Shown piece by piece: positions 17,901 through 29,108 of a DNA stretch of 64,000 nt. The DNA lies in the IMG/VR virus record IMGVR_UViG_3300028549_001826. One strand, 5' to 3'. The translations under genes and the position numbers were made by a program. Below the pieces are notes generated by a model. That model was not told where the DNA came from, ran no database searches, and worked only from the letters and a program-made list of their open reading frames with translations. Source of the stretch: a virus. Every line of letters begins with the position of its first letter. Positions within the stretch are counted from its first letter, which is position 1.

Positions 17901-18905
17901 ATGACAATACATAATAATAATGGTATAAATATTAACATACTTAATCAAGATTCATATCTATATGATTTATATAATCAATTTTTAGAGAATTTACAATTTT
18001 ATCAATTAAATAGTAGTATTAAATCTTTAAGTATAAGATACTATAAAAAGAATTTTTCATTATCAAAAAATATAGAAGATGATCTTGATATGGTATCGTC
18101 TAAAAGGTTTGAAGGTGTTTTTGATTTATTTGATTTTGTTCCTGTGTTAGAGAGTCAACAATTTCAATATCAAAATAATAATGATCAAAACAATCAAGGT
18201 GTTGTTAGAACCACAAGTGGTGTCATAACTATAATGTGTGTTGAAGAACCTCTACCAAATGATTTCTTTCATTTATACTCAAATGAAAGTGAAATAGAAT
18301 ATCTACAAGTTACAAATGTTACTTTTATATTATCTGTTAAAAAATTAAATATTTATCAATTAGAATACACTACTGCTAATTTAAAAAAATCAACAGTAGA
18401 TAAGATACCTATTAATCAACATTTTTATTTTTTAAGAGAAGTATCAAAATTTGTAGGAAGTTCTCGTTATAATGATTTCGCAACTCTTCTGCAAAATAGA
18501 GAAGATATGTTATACACCATTAACAAGTATTATAATGATAGAAAATGTTGTTATATGGATAAAAATTTAGATTTAATTAATCCAGAAATAAATATAACAA
18601 TTAATAAAATGTTGAGTATAGTATCTGAAAATATATATATTCCAAAAATTGGTCCAATTTTAACAGTGCCTGTTAGTGCACCATATGATGTTAAGTTGTC
18701 TTTTAATGACTCAGATATTTTATTAAAAAATGAACTAATTGATACTGTTAAAAAATTATATGATATATATTTTAACATCTTAAATTATGTTGTAAATATA
18801 AATGATCCTAGTCTTGGCGTACAGGCTATAAATGGAACTACTGTTAAAGATTATAAAATAACATCAGTGAAGGATTTAGATGGAAACATTATATCCAAAG
18901 TATAA
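17901..18905 (+). CDS. Putative virion structural protein
   Basis: 334-aa ORF tightly packed in the baseplate cluster; no motif recognised with confidence. Confidence 0.6.
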   Translation: MTIHNNNGININILNQDSYLYDLYNQFLENLQFYQLNSSIKSLSIRYYKKNFSLSKNIEDDLDMVSSKRFEGVFDLFDFVPVLESQQFQYQNNNDQNNQGVVRTTSGVITIMCVEEPLPNDFFHLYSNESEIEYLQVTNVTFILSVKKLNIYQLEYTTANLKKSTVDKIPINQHFYFLREVSKFVGSSRYNDFATLLQNREDMLYTINKYYNDRKCCYMDKNLDLINPEINITINKMLSIVSENIYIPKIGPILTVPVSAPYDVKLSFNDSDILLKNELIDTVKKLYDIYFNILNYVVNINDPSLGVQAINGTTVKDYKITSVKDLDGNIISKV

Positions 18906-18914
18906 GGAATTTTT

Positions 18915-21479
18915 ATGGAAGAAATAATTGTTAATCAACCTCAAAATATTGCACAGTCTAATATAGATGATTCATTATTAGCATCCGAATTGAAATTAGC
19001 TATAGCAGAATATTGTGATATAATTGTAAATACTCCAATCTTTGTAGATAATCAAAATAAGGATGGTATTAAAGAATTACTAAAAGATTTTTTTAATGAC
19101 TTATATGTTACTGAACCAAGTGATGTATTGAATTATGTTGGACAAAAACCATCAAATAAATTATTAACAAGCATATTTACAAGGTATGGTATAGAATCAG
19201 AATATATAAAAGAATATCCTGAATTATTGAAATCTAAAACGGCTTACTTATTAAATAGTTTAGTTGAATCCAAAGGGTCTATTAAAACTTACGAATATTT
19301 AAATAACATTCTAAGTGAGTTTTATAAGGATATAAATTTTTACAAAGTTGTTATTGATCTCAAAACAAAAGGAAATCGTTATGATAATGCTTTTGTTTTA
19401 TTTCAATATTTTGGATCATCTTTAAATAATCCAATTGAAAAGCCTTCATACTTAACAGAAAATGGTATTCGTTTATCACCATCTGCTATTTATGATACTG
19501 ATATAGAGCTTAAATTTTTTATAAATTATAACATGCAGACAAATAATATTGAATATGATATAAGATTATTTGATCCTCAACCTCATGATATTTTTTTAAA
19601 ATTTAATACAATGAAAATAACAGATAATCCTATTTTAATTCCAAAAGGTGAAACAAAGGTTATATATAAGCAGTTAGCGTTTGATACCTCCGCTATCAAA
19701 GAATATGAAAAAGCAAAAGCTATATCAGTGTATTATAATAATGCTTCATACTATGATATGCAAAATGAGGCTGATTTAAATGGGAAGAAAGATATTACTA
19801 TACAATACACTATAAGTGCTCTTATATATGATCCAGTTGTATCAACTGACCCAGAATTAAATGATCCAAATTACAATGTTCAATATATTATAGATTTTGG
19901 AAAAAAACATCCTTTTGAGATTAAAATAGCTTTAGATAAAACTAGTGTTTTAAATAAAACCAATAACACTTGGGATTACAATTATGAAATACTTAAAATG
20001 GGTGAAACAAAAATTGTAACAGGTAAAATAGCTTTAACTTTAGAAGAATTAGAATTTGAGGCAAATGGTAATCAACAAAGTAGATCAGAAGATGATCTTA
20101 TATATAGATTGGAACCTTTATTAATCAATGATCCTAATAATATTTTAAATGAAGTTAATTCAGGTGATTTATTTTCTCGAAAGTTTTTAATGAATAAAAT
20201 TGATTTCTTTGATCAAGATGTTAATAATGCTTTTAAGAAAAATGTATTTCCTGTAACAACAAACCTTATACATATTCAATTGGGATCATCAGTTGTTATT
20301 GATAATACAAAAATGCACCCAGATATAGTAAGAATGTATGGTATGACTTATTTAAATAACGGTCATGTTATGAAATTTAATATTAATAATAATATATTCA
20401 AATTAAATATTCAGGATTATGTTGATGTATTATCTTTTCTAAAATATAAACAAATAGAATTAACAACGGGTAAACGATTTGTGAATGAGAACATTCCTTC
20501 ACATTTTTATCAATATAAATTGCCACCAAATAAATTAAAAGAAATCTATGACCTGCATTTATATTATCAGAATATGCCTCAATCTCATAAATACTTAAAA
20601 GAATTTAAATTTAGATTTAATGAATTATTATTTTCAGAGAATCAAAAATATATTCCTAAGATAAAAAATATGGAAGATTTTGTACTTTATTTAAAAGGTA
20701 ATGCTCCAGAAACATTAGATCAATTATTTATTAAAATAAATGAAGAGTTTCTCCCTGGTAAAGTATTTATAGATGGTATAGATCAGAATCAAAAGTTATT
20801 AGAGATAATATTTAAAATTCAAAACAATTATGAATTAAAAACTATAGATGAATTTATAGATATTTTATCAACGATCGAAATAACTGATTCACAAACGGTT
20901 GTGTCTGTTTATGATATGATTAGATCTAAATTTAATATAAAGTATCCAAGAATGGTTGCATTAATAGAAGCAATTGATAATGTTGATGATATTATAGAAA
21001 TCTATTTATATAATTATAAAGTCGCATTAGAATATGCTTCTAAAATGGATAACTTAGTAGAATATTTTATAAATGATATTTATCAGTTGTATATACAAAG
21101 TACAGTGTTTACGAAAAGATTTTTTAATCCAGTTATAGAATTATTTGAACAGTATTTTTTTAAAGCTGAACAAGTTTATAAATCAGAACAAAATTTATCA
21201 GAGGTTGTTAGAGATAAGACTAATGTTGTAACTAATGATGATAATGCTTCTATTTTGGTAAGTAAAGATAAAGTGTATTCTATTATATTTAAAAGAGATA
21301 AACAAGCAATTAGTATATTGTGTGAACAAATAAATAATAATGGTCAAAAATTAGAAATCGAAGATAACTTTAAAATAGAAGTTTTTAAACCTAATTCAGA
21401 AGTTGGTCAAGAACCTATTTTGAAATCATCTTATATCCAAGATAAAAATAATGTTGGAAATTGGGTTGATATTATTTAA
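18915..21479 (+). CDS. Baseplate wedge protein (gp7/P2 gpI-like)
   Basis: SKGSIKTYEYLNNIL resembles the gpI-type KGT/S motif; 854 aa; baseplate context. Confidence 0.5.
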   Translation: MEEIIVNQPQNIAQSNIDDSLLASELKLAIAEYCDIIVNTPIFVDNQNKDGIKELLKDFFNDLYVTEPSDVLNYVGQKPSNKLLTSIFTRYGIESEYIKEYPELLKSKTAYLLNSLVESKGSIKTYEYLNNILSEFYKDINFYKVVIDLKTKGNRYDNAFVLFQYFGSSLNNPIEKPSYLTENGIRLSPSAIYDTDIELKFFINYNMQTNNIEYDIRLFDPQPHDIFLKFNTMKITDNPILIPKGETKVIYKQLAFDTSAIKEYEKAKAISVYYNNASYYDMQNEADLNGKKDITIQYTISALIYDPVVSTDPELNDPNYNVQYIIDFGKKHPFEIKIALDKTSVLNKTNNTWDYNYEILKMGETKIVTGKIALTLEELEFEANGNQQSRSEDDLIYRLEPLLINDPNNILNEVNSGDLFSRKFLMNKIDFFDQDVNNAFKKNVFPVTTNLIHIQLGSSVVIDNTKMHPDIVRMYGMTYLNNGHVMKFNINNNIFKLNIQDYVDVLSFLKYKQIELTTGKRFVNENIPSHFYQYKLPPNKLKEIYDLHLYYQNMPQSHKYLKEFKFRFNELLFSENQKYIPKIKNMEDFVLYLKGNAPETLDQLFIKINEEFLPGKVFIDGIDQNQKLLEIIFKIQNNYELKTIDEFIDILSTIEITDSQTVVSVYDMIRSKFNIKYPRMVALIEAIDNVDDIIEIYLYNYKVALEYASKMDNLVEYFINDIYQLYIQSTVFTKRFFNPVIELFEQYFFKAEQVYKSEQNLSEVVRDKTNVVTNDDNASILVSKDKVYSIIFKRDKQAISILCEQINNNGQKLEIEDNFKIEVFKPNSEVGQEPILKSSYIQDKNNVGNWVDII

Positions 21480-21543
21480 ATGTTGAATAACTAATAGTAC
21501 AGTTACTATTAGTGCAAATAATATGGAAAGGAAAAGGAACAAG

Positions 21544-22323
21544 ATGAATAAATTTGCTAAAAGGCATAATATTGATTATGTTGATACAAAGATATTGAAT
21601 CCTCATGATAAAATAACAGCAGATGTATCATTAGAAACATTCAATAAACATTATAACAAACCAGTAAGAGGTTTTGCTATAGTGGAAAATAGTAATGGTG
21701 ATATAATAGATACTCCGAATTTAGTTTTATTACAAGGTAGAGAATTTTTAACTCAACAATTAGCTAAAACATTTGGTGTCCAAGATAAAAACTACTTAAA
21801 TTATAAAGTAGCTTATTTTGGTGTTGGATCAGGTGGAGCGGATACAGGAAGTGTACCTAGTAAAATAGGTCCGTTTGATGATAATACTGATCTAGGATCT
21901 CCTAGAAAGATATATGATGTTGATACAAATGATACTAATTATAATTATATAAATGGTGGTTATTTGAAAAAAATAACAGCTGATGGTGGTTCTGTTGAAG
22001 TAATTTTAGAAGATCACTCTTTTTCTGTAAATGGTAAAACAGTGGATGTTCAAGCATACACTACTATAAAGTATACTATGATTATTAGAGCTGATGAAAC
22101 ATTAAAAACAAATGGTTCATCTTTTGCTTTTAATGAGGCTGCCTTATACGCTGTACAATTTGACGGAGATCCTACTAAAAGTCATCTTCCTGCTCGTAGA
22201 GATTCAGAAGATGAATTAACTAGATTTGATCCATTGAATTTGTGTTTTGCTAGATTTACAACTTTAACAAAATTTATTGAACCAGCTGATTCATTTAAAA
22301 TCACTTGGTACATATTATTATAA
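21544..22323 (+). CDS. Tail-collar/fibre attachment-like baseplate protein
   Basis: NLVLLQGRE, FGVGSGG, FNEAALY and FARFT..K..KITWYI pattern; start placed at ATG 21544. Confidence 0.55.
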   Translation: MNKFAKRHNIDYVDTKILNPHDKITADVSLETFNKHYNKPVRGFAIVENSNGDIIDTPNLVLLQGREFLTQQLAKTFGVQDKNYLNYKVAYFGVGSGGADTGSVPSKIGPFDDNTDLGSPRKIYDVDTNDTNYNYINGGYLKKITADGGSVEVILEDHSFSVNGKTVDVQAYTTIKYTMIIRADETLKTNGSSFAFNEAALYAVQFDGDPTKSHLPARRDSEDELTRFDPLNLCFARFTTLTKFIEPADSFKITWYILL

Positions 22324-22415
22324 TAGTGTTATTAAAATAATATATGGTTGAAATCCCTTTTTGAAATATCACGGAAACAAAATAACTATAAAAATAAAAA
22401 GAAGGAGAAATACCT

Positions 22416-24572
22416 ATGTATATTCCAAACATTCCTGGTGTTAGTACATCAGTTATTGATAAAACAGAAATACTTAAAGTTATTAATCATAACAGAACAA
22501 TTCTTTTACCTATATTCAGTAAATATGGTAAAGAAGGGTTTATAACAAGTATCGGTGTTGATGAATTTAATTACAATCATGGTAGAATGGATTTGAAAAA
22601 ATATGGTGTTGCTTACGTATACGGTGAAGCAGCTGCAAAAAATAATATAGTACTTTCATATAGACTATTACCAGATGATGCTACATATGCTAATAATGTT
22701 TTAAAATTTGATGGAACATATGGAACAAAATCAGGAGCAACTACTAAAGAACTTATATTCAAAGGTAAAAATGCTACAACTGGTGCTATAGTAGATGATA
22801 ATACTGTTGTTTTAGCATTACTTGCTAAATATAGAGGTGAAGGATATAATTCGGTATTTACTACTTTTGGTCCAGCAGTCGATTATGAAAGAGCTGATGC
22901 AAATAAAGATGGTGAAACAAATTACAAATTTAACTTTGTTCAAGCAAATGTTTATGAAGAAACTCCAAAAGGTGTTAAAGCTTTAGGTGATCCAATAGTA
23001 TTTTCATTAATGGATGTTGATCCATTTACAAATGAACCTATTGTCAATAAAACAAACGGTGCGCAACTATATGTTAATCAAGTATTCAAAGAGAAAAATG
23101 ATTTCGCAACTCTTATGATTAATGATAATGGAACATGTACTTATCAAAATGATATGTTATCTAATGCTAATATAGATGTTGTTGTTAATAATAGAAGACT
23201 TATCTTAAAAGATCCTGTTAGTGAAATTTATTATGAGTTAAAAGTAGAAAATTTTACAACTATGGTACCAGATGCGTCTGGTGTTAATAGACCAACAGTT
23301 GGACAAAGAGTTGCTAAAGTAATTACAAATACATTACCATATGATGATTTTGTTAAATATATAAAAACAGATGATACAGATCCACTTATTGTCGAATTAT
23401 ATATTGATATTGATAAAGATATTAAAGTTAAAACAGTTTCAGCTGATGTATTAAATGCTATAGGAACTACAACTATACCATCTGTTATAACTATTGATGG
23501 TGATGATGCGTTCTATAACATTACTGTTTCAAAAGATGGTGCTGGATTTAAAATTAATGATTTAACAGAATTTGATTGTTTTAGACATAAAATTTATAGA
23601 AAATTAATGACATACTCTATGAAATTATATGAGGGAACTGATGGTCAATATTTGACTAGCAATGGTTCATTAAATTTTGGAAATAGTGCGGATGGTCAAC
23701 AATCAGCAAAAGAATTGTTACTCGATTTCTATAATAATAACCAAGAGTTAAGAGAAGTTTTATATCCAAGATATGATTTCGATTATATTCCTGATTGGAC
23801 AGATAATGTTGGTATAATGCAAGCAATTGTAAATCTTGCAGATGATATTGGTTTAACAATGCCTTTAATAAATTGCCCACATGATATGTATAATCCAAAA
23901 ATTGCTTCTAAAGATTTGGAAGAGTATGATGTAACTGCTAGAAAAGAAAGATTATTTATGAGTTCATATAATAGTATGTTATATTCTGGACAAATGAATA
24001 AAACACATACTTTAGAAAATGGTGCATCTATTTATATGCCGTTCTCTTATTATGCAATGTGTGCACATTTAAGAATTGATAATAATTTTTCAATTACTGA
24101 ACCGGTTGCAAACATTGAAAAAGGTGTATTTGATACAGAATTATTAAATTTAACATATGCTCCAACATCTTTAAAAATTGAACAATTAAGAAATGTTCAA
24201 ATTAATACAGCTATAGTTGAACCAGATGGAACTTATATCATAGATCAATTAACTATGTATAAAAAAGCATCTAAATTAAGTAGAGCTAATGTTGTTAAAG
24301 TACTTCATAGAATTAGAAAAGATCTTCCAAAAGTTCTTAAACCATTGATTCAATTAAAAGAAACTATAGATGTTAAAACATCTGCTATTAGAAAAGCAAA
24401 TAGTGAATTAAGTAGATGGTTAGTATCTATTGATAATACTAAAGACGGAATTTTCTCAGAGATAACTGTTAAGGGTTCTTATGATGATTCAACTTATAAA
24501 CTTAGATTAACAGTAACTGTTAAACCAATAGGCACAATTGAATCAATTGATATACCTATTATAGTTATATAA
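22416..24572 (+). CDS. Contractile tail sheath protein
   Basis: N-terminal PGVSTSVID; C-terminal LSRANV..IRK and VTVKPIGTIESIDI; 718 aa, followed by the tube gene. Confidence 0.88.
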   Translation: MYIPNIPGVSTSVIDKTEILKVINHNRTILLPIFSKYGKEGFITSIGVDEFNYNHGRMDLKKYGVAYVYGEAAAKNNIVLSYRLLPDDATYANNVLKFDGTYGTKSGATTKELIFKGKNATTGAIVDDNTVVLALLAKYRGEGYNSVFTTFGPAVDYERADANKDGETNYKFNFVQANVYEETPKGVKALGDPIVFSLMDVDPFTNEPIVNKTNGAQLYVNQVFKEKNDFATLMINDNGTCTYQNDMLSNANIDVVVNNRRLILKDPVSEIYYELKVENFTTMVPDASGVNRPTVGQRVAKVITNTLPYDDFVKYIKTDDTDPLIVELYIDIDKDIKVKTVSADVLNAIGTTTIPSVITIDGDDAFYNITVSKDGAGFKINDLTEFDCFRHKIYRKLMTYSMKLYEGTDGQYLTSNGSLNFGNSADGQQSAKELLLDFYNNNQELREVLYPRYDFDYIPDWTDNVGIMQAIVNLADDIGLTMPLINCPHDMYNPKIASKDLEEYDVTARKERLFMSSYNSMLYSGQMNKTHTLENGASIYMPFSYYAMCAHLRIDNNFSITEPVANIEKGVFDTELLNLTYAPTSLKIEQLRNVQINTAIVEPDGTYIIDQLTMYKKASKLSRANVVKVLHRIRKDLPKVLKPLIQLKETIDVKTSAIRKANSELSRWLVSIDNTKDGIFSEITVKGSYDDSTYKLRLTVTVKPIGTIESIDIPIIVI

Positions 24573-24588
24573 TTAAAAGGATAATAAT

Positions 24589-25395
24589 ATGTATATAAGC
24601 GATATTACATTACTAGCTAATGAAAACAAAACCGATGTAAATAGATACATCGGTGGTTCTGATAAAACCGTTAATGATCATCCATTTATTAAAGGATATT
24701 TTTATGTATTTTTTGGATTTCCAACTACTTTGTTTGGAGACGCTGCTGGTATGGATGCTAAATCAGCACAAAAATATTTACTAACATCAGCTGAGTCGTT
24801 TACACCTCCAGGTGATAGACAAATTAATCTTCAAGATATGCAAGGACAAGGTGGTGTTGATTCATCATTCATTACTGGTCAAACCATAACTAGAGATTTT
24901 AGTATTCAATATAAAGATTACTGGGGTTCTCCTGTATTCAGAATACATAAAAGATGGACAAATTATATAAATCCATATTTAGGTGTAAGTGAAGTTGCTG
25001 ATAGCTTCTCTGCAAATGAGTATAAAGGTATTTGTATGGTTATACAAACAAAACCAGTTGCTAGAAAAGGTGCTTCGGGTGATGATAAAAGAAAAGCATG
25101 GACAAAAGCAGACATTCTTAAAGTTCATTTATTTGATGGTGTTCAATGTACTACTGATTTTAGTAGTATATATGATGCAAATGTAACTGATAATTCTTTT
25201 GTTAAACCAACAGCACAATATAAATTTGACGGTTATCCGTTAGATGAAACCGATCCAGCTACTATCGAAACTGCATTAAAAGTATTACAGAATGCAAATA
25301 TGTTTGATAAAACTTCTGAGTTATATAAAAATTTAGCGAAAACAGAGTCAATCTTACAAGGTGATGCTAATACATCAACAACAAGCACAAATTAA
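24589..25395 (+). CDS. Tail tube protein (gp19-like)
   Basis: Follows the sheath; FSIQYKD..HKRW and FDGV.C.TDF..Y...D...KPTAQYKFD tube pattern. Confidence 0.75.
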   Translation: MYISDITLLANENKTDVNRYIGGSDKTVNDHPFIKGYFYVFFGFPTTLFGDAAGMDAKSAQKYLLTSAESFTPPGDRQINLQDMQGQGGVDSSFITGQTITRDFSIQYKDYWGSPVFRIHKRWTNYINPYLGVSEVADSFSANEYKGICMVIQTKPVARKGASGDDKRKAWTKADILKVHLFDGVQCTTDFSSIYDANVTDNSFVKPTAQYKFDGYPLDETDPATIETALKVLQNANMFDKTSELYKNLAKTESILQGDANTSTTSTN

Positions 25396-25417
25396 TAATT
25401 TTGTGCTTAAACATAAA

Positions 25418-25445
25418 TAAATACAGACTAACAAGTTTGTATTTA
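25418..25445 (+). terminator. Hairpin after the tube gene
   Basis: TAAATACAGACT-AACA-AGTTTGTATTTA, a 12-bp stem with one G-U pair. Confidence 0.55.
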
Positions 25446-25522
25446 TCAAGATATATTTACTATATTTTGATAAACACAAAAATACGTTGAACTCAACAAA
25501 TATATAAATAAAAGGATAAGTC

Positions 25523-26065
25523 TTGGCAGAGAAACAATTAAAACGTGACTATGGTGAATTAAAAGAAACTTTAAATGTTAAAGGGGAATTTGATTTAGTC
25601 TGTTATGGAGAAAATATAAATTACCAATTAAAATATGTTCAAGAAAAAATAAATAACGCTGAGATAAAAATAACATCATTAAAAGTTAAAGAAGCAATCA
25701 TATCTTCTATAATTGATAGAACTAATGATAGTGTTTCTAAATTTTTAGCAGACCATAATTATCCAAAAGCACAAGGCTTACAAAACGCATTAATAACACA
25801 ATTTGAAACTTATTCTCTTATGCAAGATATGATATTAAAATATGAAAGTAATATTCAATCTTATATTAAAATGAGTCTCGATATAGAAAATCATAAAGTT
25901 AATACTTATGTAAAAATTAAAGCATCTAAAAAGAATGATGATAAAACTGATAAAAATTATGATGCAATCGTATCAAAATTTAATGAGATAATGAATAGTG
26001 GACCAGCGGGTGCGCAAGCATTTAAATCGAATATACAAAAAGAACTTAATCTAGAAGGATATTAA
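25523..26065 (+). CDS. Hypothetical helical protein
   Basis: 180 aa; TTG start with AAGGA SD; AACAAATATATAAATA upstream. Confidence 0.7.
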   Translation: MAEKQLKRDYGELKETLNVKGEFDLVCYGENINYQLKYVQEKINNAEIKITSLKVKEAIISSIIDRTNDSVSKFLADHNYPKAQGLQNALITQFETYSLMQDMILKYESNIQSYIKMSLDIENHKVNTYVKIKASKKNDDKTDKNYDAIVSKFNEIMNSGPAGAQAFKSNIQKELNLEGY

Positions 26066-26067
26066 AA

Positions 26068-27771
26068 ATGATGACGAATAAAATTATTCACACAGTTGGT
26101 GATTTATTAAATAATGGAGTTTCTCCAAAAGAATCTATACCAGAAACACAATATATTTTTGAAAATGTTGTTTGTGGTATGGCTAAAAAAATAGAAGAAA
26201 CAACAGATACGATTTTCACAGGTATTAATCTTTTAGAAGATATCGAAAACATTAAAGAATGCTTTAATGAGAATATTGATGTATTTGCTTATATGAATGC
26301 TCAACCATATGATAAAAGAAAAATGGTTAAAGAATTTATGGAAAATACATATTTAGCGGAAGTGTTTACATTTACAGTTGATAATTTAATATCAGAATCA
26401 ACTTTAGGTGCTTTATCATTTTCACAACAATATAAGATTGAAAATACTAAATCAGAATTAGGTATAAAATATCTAGGTGAAAATATAGATTTGAATCCTG
26501 AGTATAGATTATACGAAGAATCGTTTATTGGTAATGCTTCAATTTCTGGTGCTATTGGTGCAGCAGGTGCTTTATTAGGTGCACCATTATTTCCAATAAT
26601 AGCTGTTTCAACAGCAGCTGTATTAGCTGTTGAATTATTAGTTCCAATTGCTTGGTCAGCTAAAAAAGAAGCATCTGCACAAAAATATCTAGGAAGTATA
26701 GGTAAATTATTATTTACTTCTAAACCATTTTTTATATCATCAAGTTCTCCAATAAATAGCAGTATAAATAATATTATACAATTTGATAATTTGCATATGA
26801 ATCCAGAAGTAAATAAATTATTTTTATCATTGCAAAAATCTGCTACAAAACAAGAAGTTATAACGAATCTTGAAGCCATATTTATAACATGTCAAGATAA
26901 ATCTATAATGGATGTAAATAATATAAATCATTTATCAGAAGAAGAGTTACAAAATGTATTAAAAACAAAATACGATAAATCAAAAGTAAATCTTATGTCT
27001 CTGTTTTATAATAATGTTATGAAAAAAGCAACAACTGGTGAAGAATCAAATAATGCAGCGTTAACATTTAGAAGATGTGTTATTGAAAAACTATTAGATT
27101 TATATAAATATTTAGTTCTAGCAAATGCTGTTAACTCAAGAGAATATTTAAAAATTGCTAAAAGCTTAACAAGTGTTGATCATGGAAATACTGAACAATT
27201 ATTTAGTTTTGTATCAAGTGTTGATGATAATGATAAAAACTCAGAATTACTTAGAGAAAATTTAATAACTTTAGTTCAATTAAGAATTGAGTTTGATAAA
27301 ATGGCTAGAGAATTAAGTAGAGGTGCTTTTAAAATAGATACTGAGTCTGGTAAATACTTTGAACAATTATTGAAAAGAACTGATAGAGAAATAGAAGATC
27401 AATTAAGAAATCATGGTAAAAAAATAGATACATTATATGAAAGTAGAAAAGATTTTCAACAAAAAGATTTTAAAAATAATCCACAAAATGTAAAAAGAAG
27501 TTTATTTAGTTTTAATAATGATAAGCCTGCAAATACTAGCCCACAAAGACCAAGTTATAGTGGTTCTAATAATCAAGGTTCTAATGGGTATAATGGGTAT
27601 AATGGTTCTAATAATTTTAATAGAGATAATAGAGATAATAATCAAGGTTCTAATAATTTTAATAGTGCACAAAAACCAGGGTTTAATCAACAACGACCAA
27701 GTTATAGCAATAATAATATGAATAACAATAATAACAATAATAATGGTAATAGACCTAGTTACAATAACTAG
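26068..27771 (+). CDS. Putative internal head protein with hydrophobic hairpin and N-rich tail
   Basis: L-x-E-S/N sites, a GAIGAAGALLGAP hydrophobic stretch and an Asn/Gly/Ser low-complexity C-terminus. Confidence 0.65.
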   Translation: MMTNKIIHTVGDLLNNGVSPKESIPETQYIFENVVCGMAKKIEETTDTIFTGINLLEDIENIKECFNENIDVFAYMNAQPYDKRKMVKEFMENTYLAEVFTFTVDNLISESTLGALSFSQQYKIENTKSELGIKYLGENIDLNPEYRLYEESFIGNASISGAIGAAGALLGAPLFPIIAVSTAAVLAVELLVPIAWSAKKEASAQKYLGSIGKLLFTSKPFFISSSSPINSSINNIIQFDNLHMNPEVNKLFLSLQKSATKQEVITNLEAIFITCQDKSIMDVNNINHLSEEELQNVLKTKYDKSKVNLMSLFYNNVMKKATTGEESNNAALTFRRCVIEKLLDLYKYLVLANAVNSREYLKIAKSLTSVDHGNTEQLFSFVSSVDDNDKNSELLRENLITLVQLRIEFDKMARELSRGAFKIDTESGKYFEQLLKRTDREIEDQLRNHGKKIDTLYESRKDFQQKDFKNNPQNVKRSLFSFNNDKPANTSPQRPSYSGSNNQGSNGYNGYNGSNNFNRDNRDNNQGSNNFNSAQKPGFNQQRPSYSNNNMNNNNNNNNGNRPSYNN

Positions 27772-27791
27772 GTCTATTAAAAAGGATAATT

Positions 27792-28034
27792 ATGAAAAAA
27801 CCAATAGGGTGTTTTTTGGTACTAAATGATAATGAAGCATCAATAATTAAACACCATATATCAAAAGAGTATTCTAGTTTAAATTATGAATACACTGTTA
27901 CAGAATCAGAAGATGCAAAATTTAAATTACTCTTTATTTTTCATGATGAAACTTTATTTACAGAAATTAAAAGTTTTATAAAAAAGATTGAGTTGACTAC
28001 TAAAAGATATAATTTAAATAATTTAAGAAAATAA
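27792..28034 (+). CDS. Hypothetical protein
   Basis: 80 aa, AAGGA SD. Confidence 0.65.
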   Translation: MKKPIGCFLVLNDNEASIIKHHISKEYSSLNYEYTVTESEDAKFKLLFIFHDETLFTEIKSFIKKIELTTKRYNLNNLRK

Positions 28035-28055
28035 GAAAATAAGAAAGGTTTAAAA

Positions 28056-28301
28056 ATGGCAATACAAACATCATTTGTAAAAAGATCAAGAGAGGCAAAA
28101 AAGAATGCAGGTGTAGCATTAATTGCTATGGATTTAGCTAAAAAAAATAATGATCCGTTGTGGGTAAAATCAAATAAAGCTAAAAAATTATTTATATTTG
28201 CAAAACAAGCTATAAATAAAAGATATAAACAACAAGCTGTTATTGCTTGGCAAAAACAAGAAAATCTTAAAAATTCTAATCCAATAGAAAATAGTAAATA
28301 G
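28056..28301 (+). CDS. Hypothetical basic protein
   Basis: 81 aa, Lys/Ala-rich, AAGG SD. Confidence 0.65.
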   Translation: MAIQTSFVKRSREAKKNAGVALIAMDLAKKNNDPLWVKSNKAKKLFIFAKQAINKRYKQQAVIAWQKQENLKNSNPIENSK

Positions 28302-28347
28302 TAAGTAGTAATAAAAGATAAATTATATAGAAAGGAGATTATTATTA

Positions 28348-29082
28348 ATGATTAATTTGATAAAAAATCTCCAACCTAAAGATGATGACATGACTCATAT
28401 TGGTTTAAATGATATATTTACAGAAAATCTAGATGATTATAATATTATTAAACCAATCTTTTCCGAAAAAGATTTGATTGGTAAACAAGATACAACTCTA
28501 GAATCATATGATCTCAAAAATTCATTATATTATATAAAGAATTTTTGTAGCACTTATTTATCATTTAAGCAAAATTTAGATGACATCAAAAAAATTGACA
28601 AAGAACAGAATTATAGTAAACGTTTTACTACACCTCTAAATGAAATAAAATATGATTATAATGAAGCAAGATACATAGCGGTTCAAAACTTCTTATTGAA
28701 AACTTATAAACATGTGGATGTGACTTTTAAAGTCTTTGTAGTAGAAACAAACTCGTATTTAACAATTGTTGATAAACTTGTTTTAACTAACGATAAGTAT
28801 TATATTCAACCAGAAATTGAATATATAGTATATAGATTAATGTACAATAATATAATACCTCAAAGAGATGTGTTAATTATTGAGGAACTTTTTGCAATAT
28901 ATAATGAGTTATATGATACTTGTAAAACATGTAGTATTTATAAACAAAAATCAAACAGTATTAAATCACTATTTGATATATCATTTAAATATAAAGATGA
29001 TGATATTGTTTTAAAACTGAATGATTACAACTTCTGTCATCATTGTAGATTTCATAATATATGTTTAAAAGAAAGACATTGA
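28348..29082 (+). CDS. Possible degenerate Cas4/AddB-like Fe-S nuclease fold
   Basis: One N-terminal Cys (KNFCS) plus C-terminal CHHCRFHNIC; IVD motif present but no clear D/E-x-K. Confidence 0.4.
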   Translation: MINLIKNLQPKDDDMTHIGLNDIFTENLDDYNIIKPIFSEKDLIGKQDTTLESYDLKNSLYYIKNFCSTYLSFKQNLDDIKKIDKEQNYSKRFTTPLNEIKYDYNEARYIAVQNFLLKTYKHVDVTFKVFVVETNSYLTIVDKLVLTNDKYYIQPEIEYIVYRLMYNNIIPQRDVLIIEELFAIYNELYDTCKTCSIYKQKSNSIKSLFDISFKYKDDDIVLKLNDYNFCHHCRFHNICLKERH

Positions 29083-29108
29083 TAAAATGGGAAAGGTAAA
29101 GATAATAA

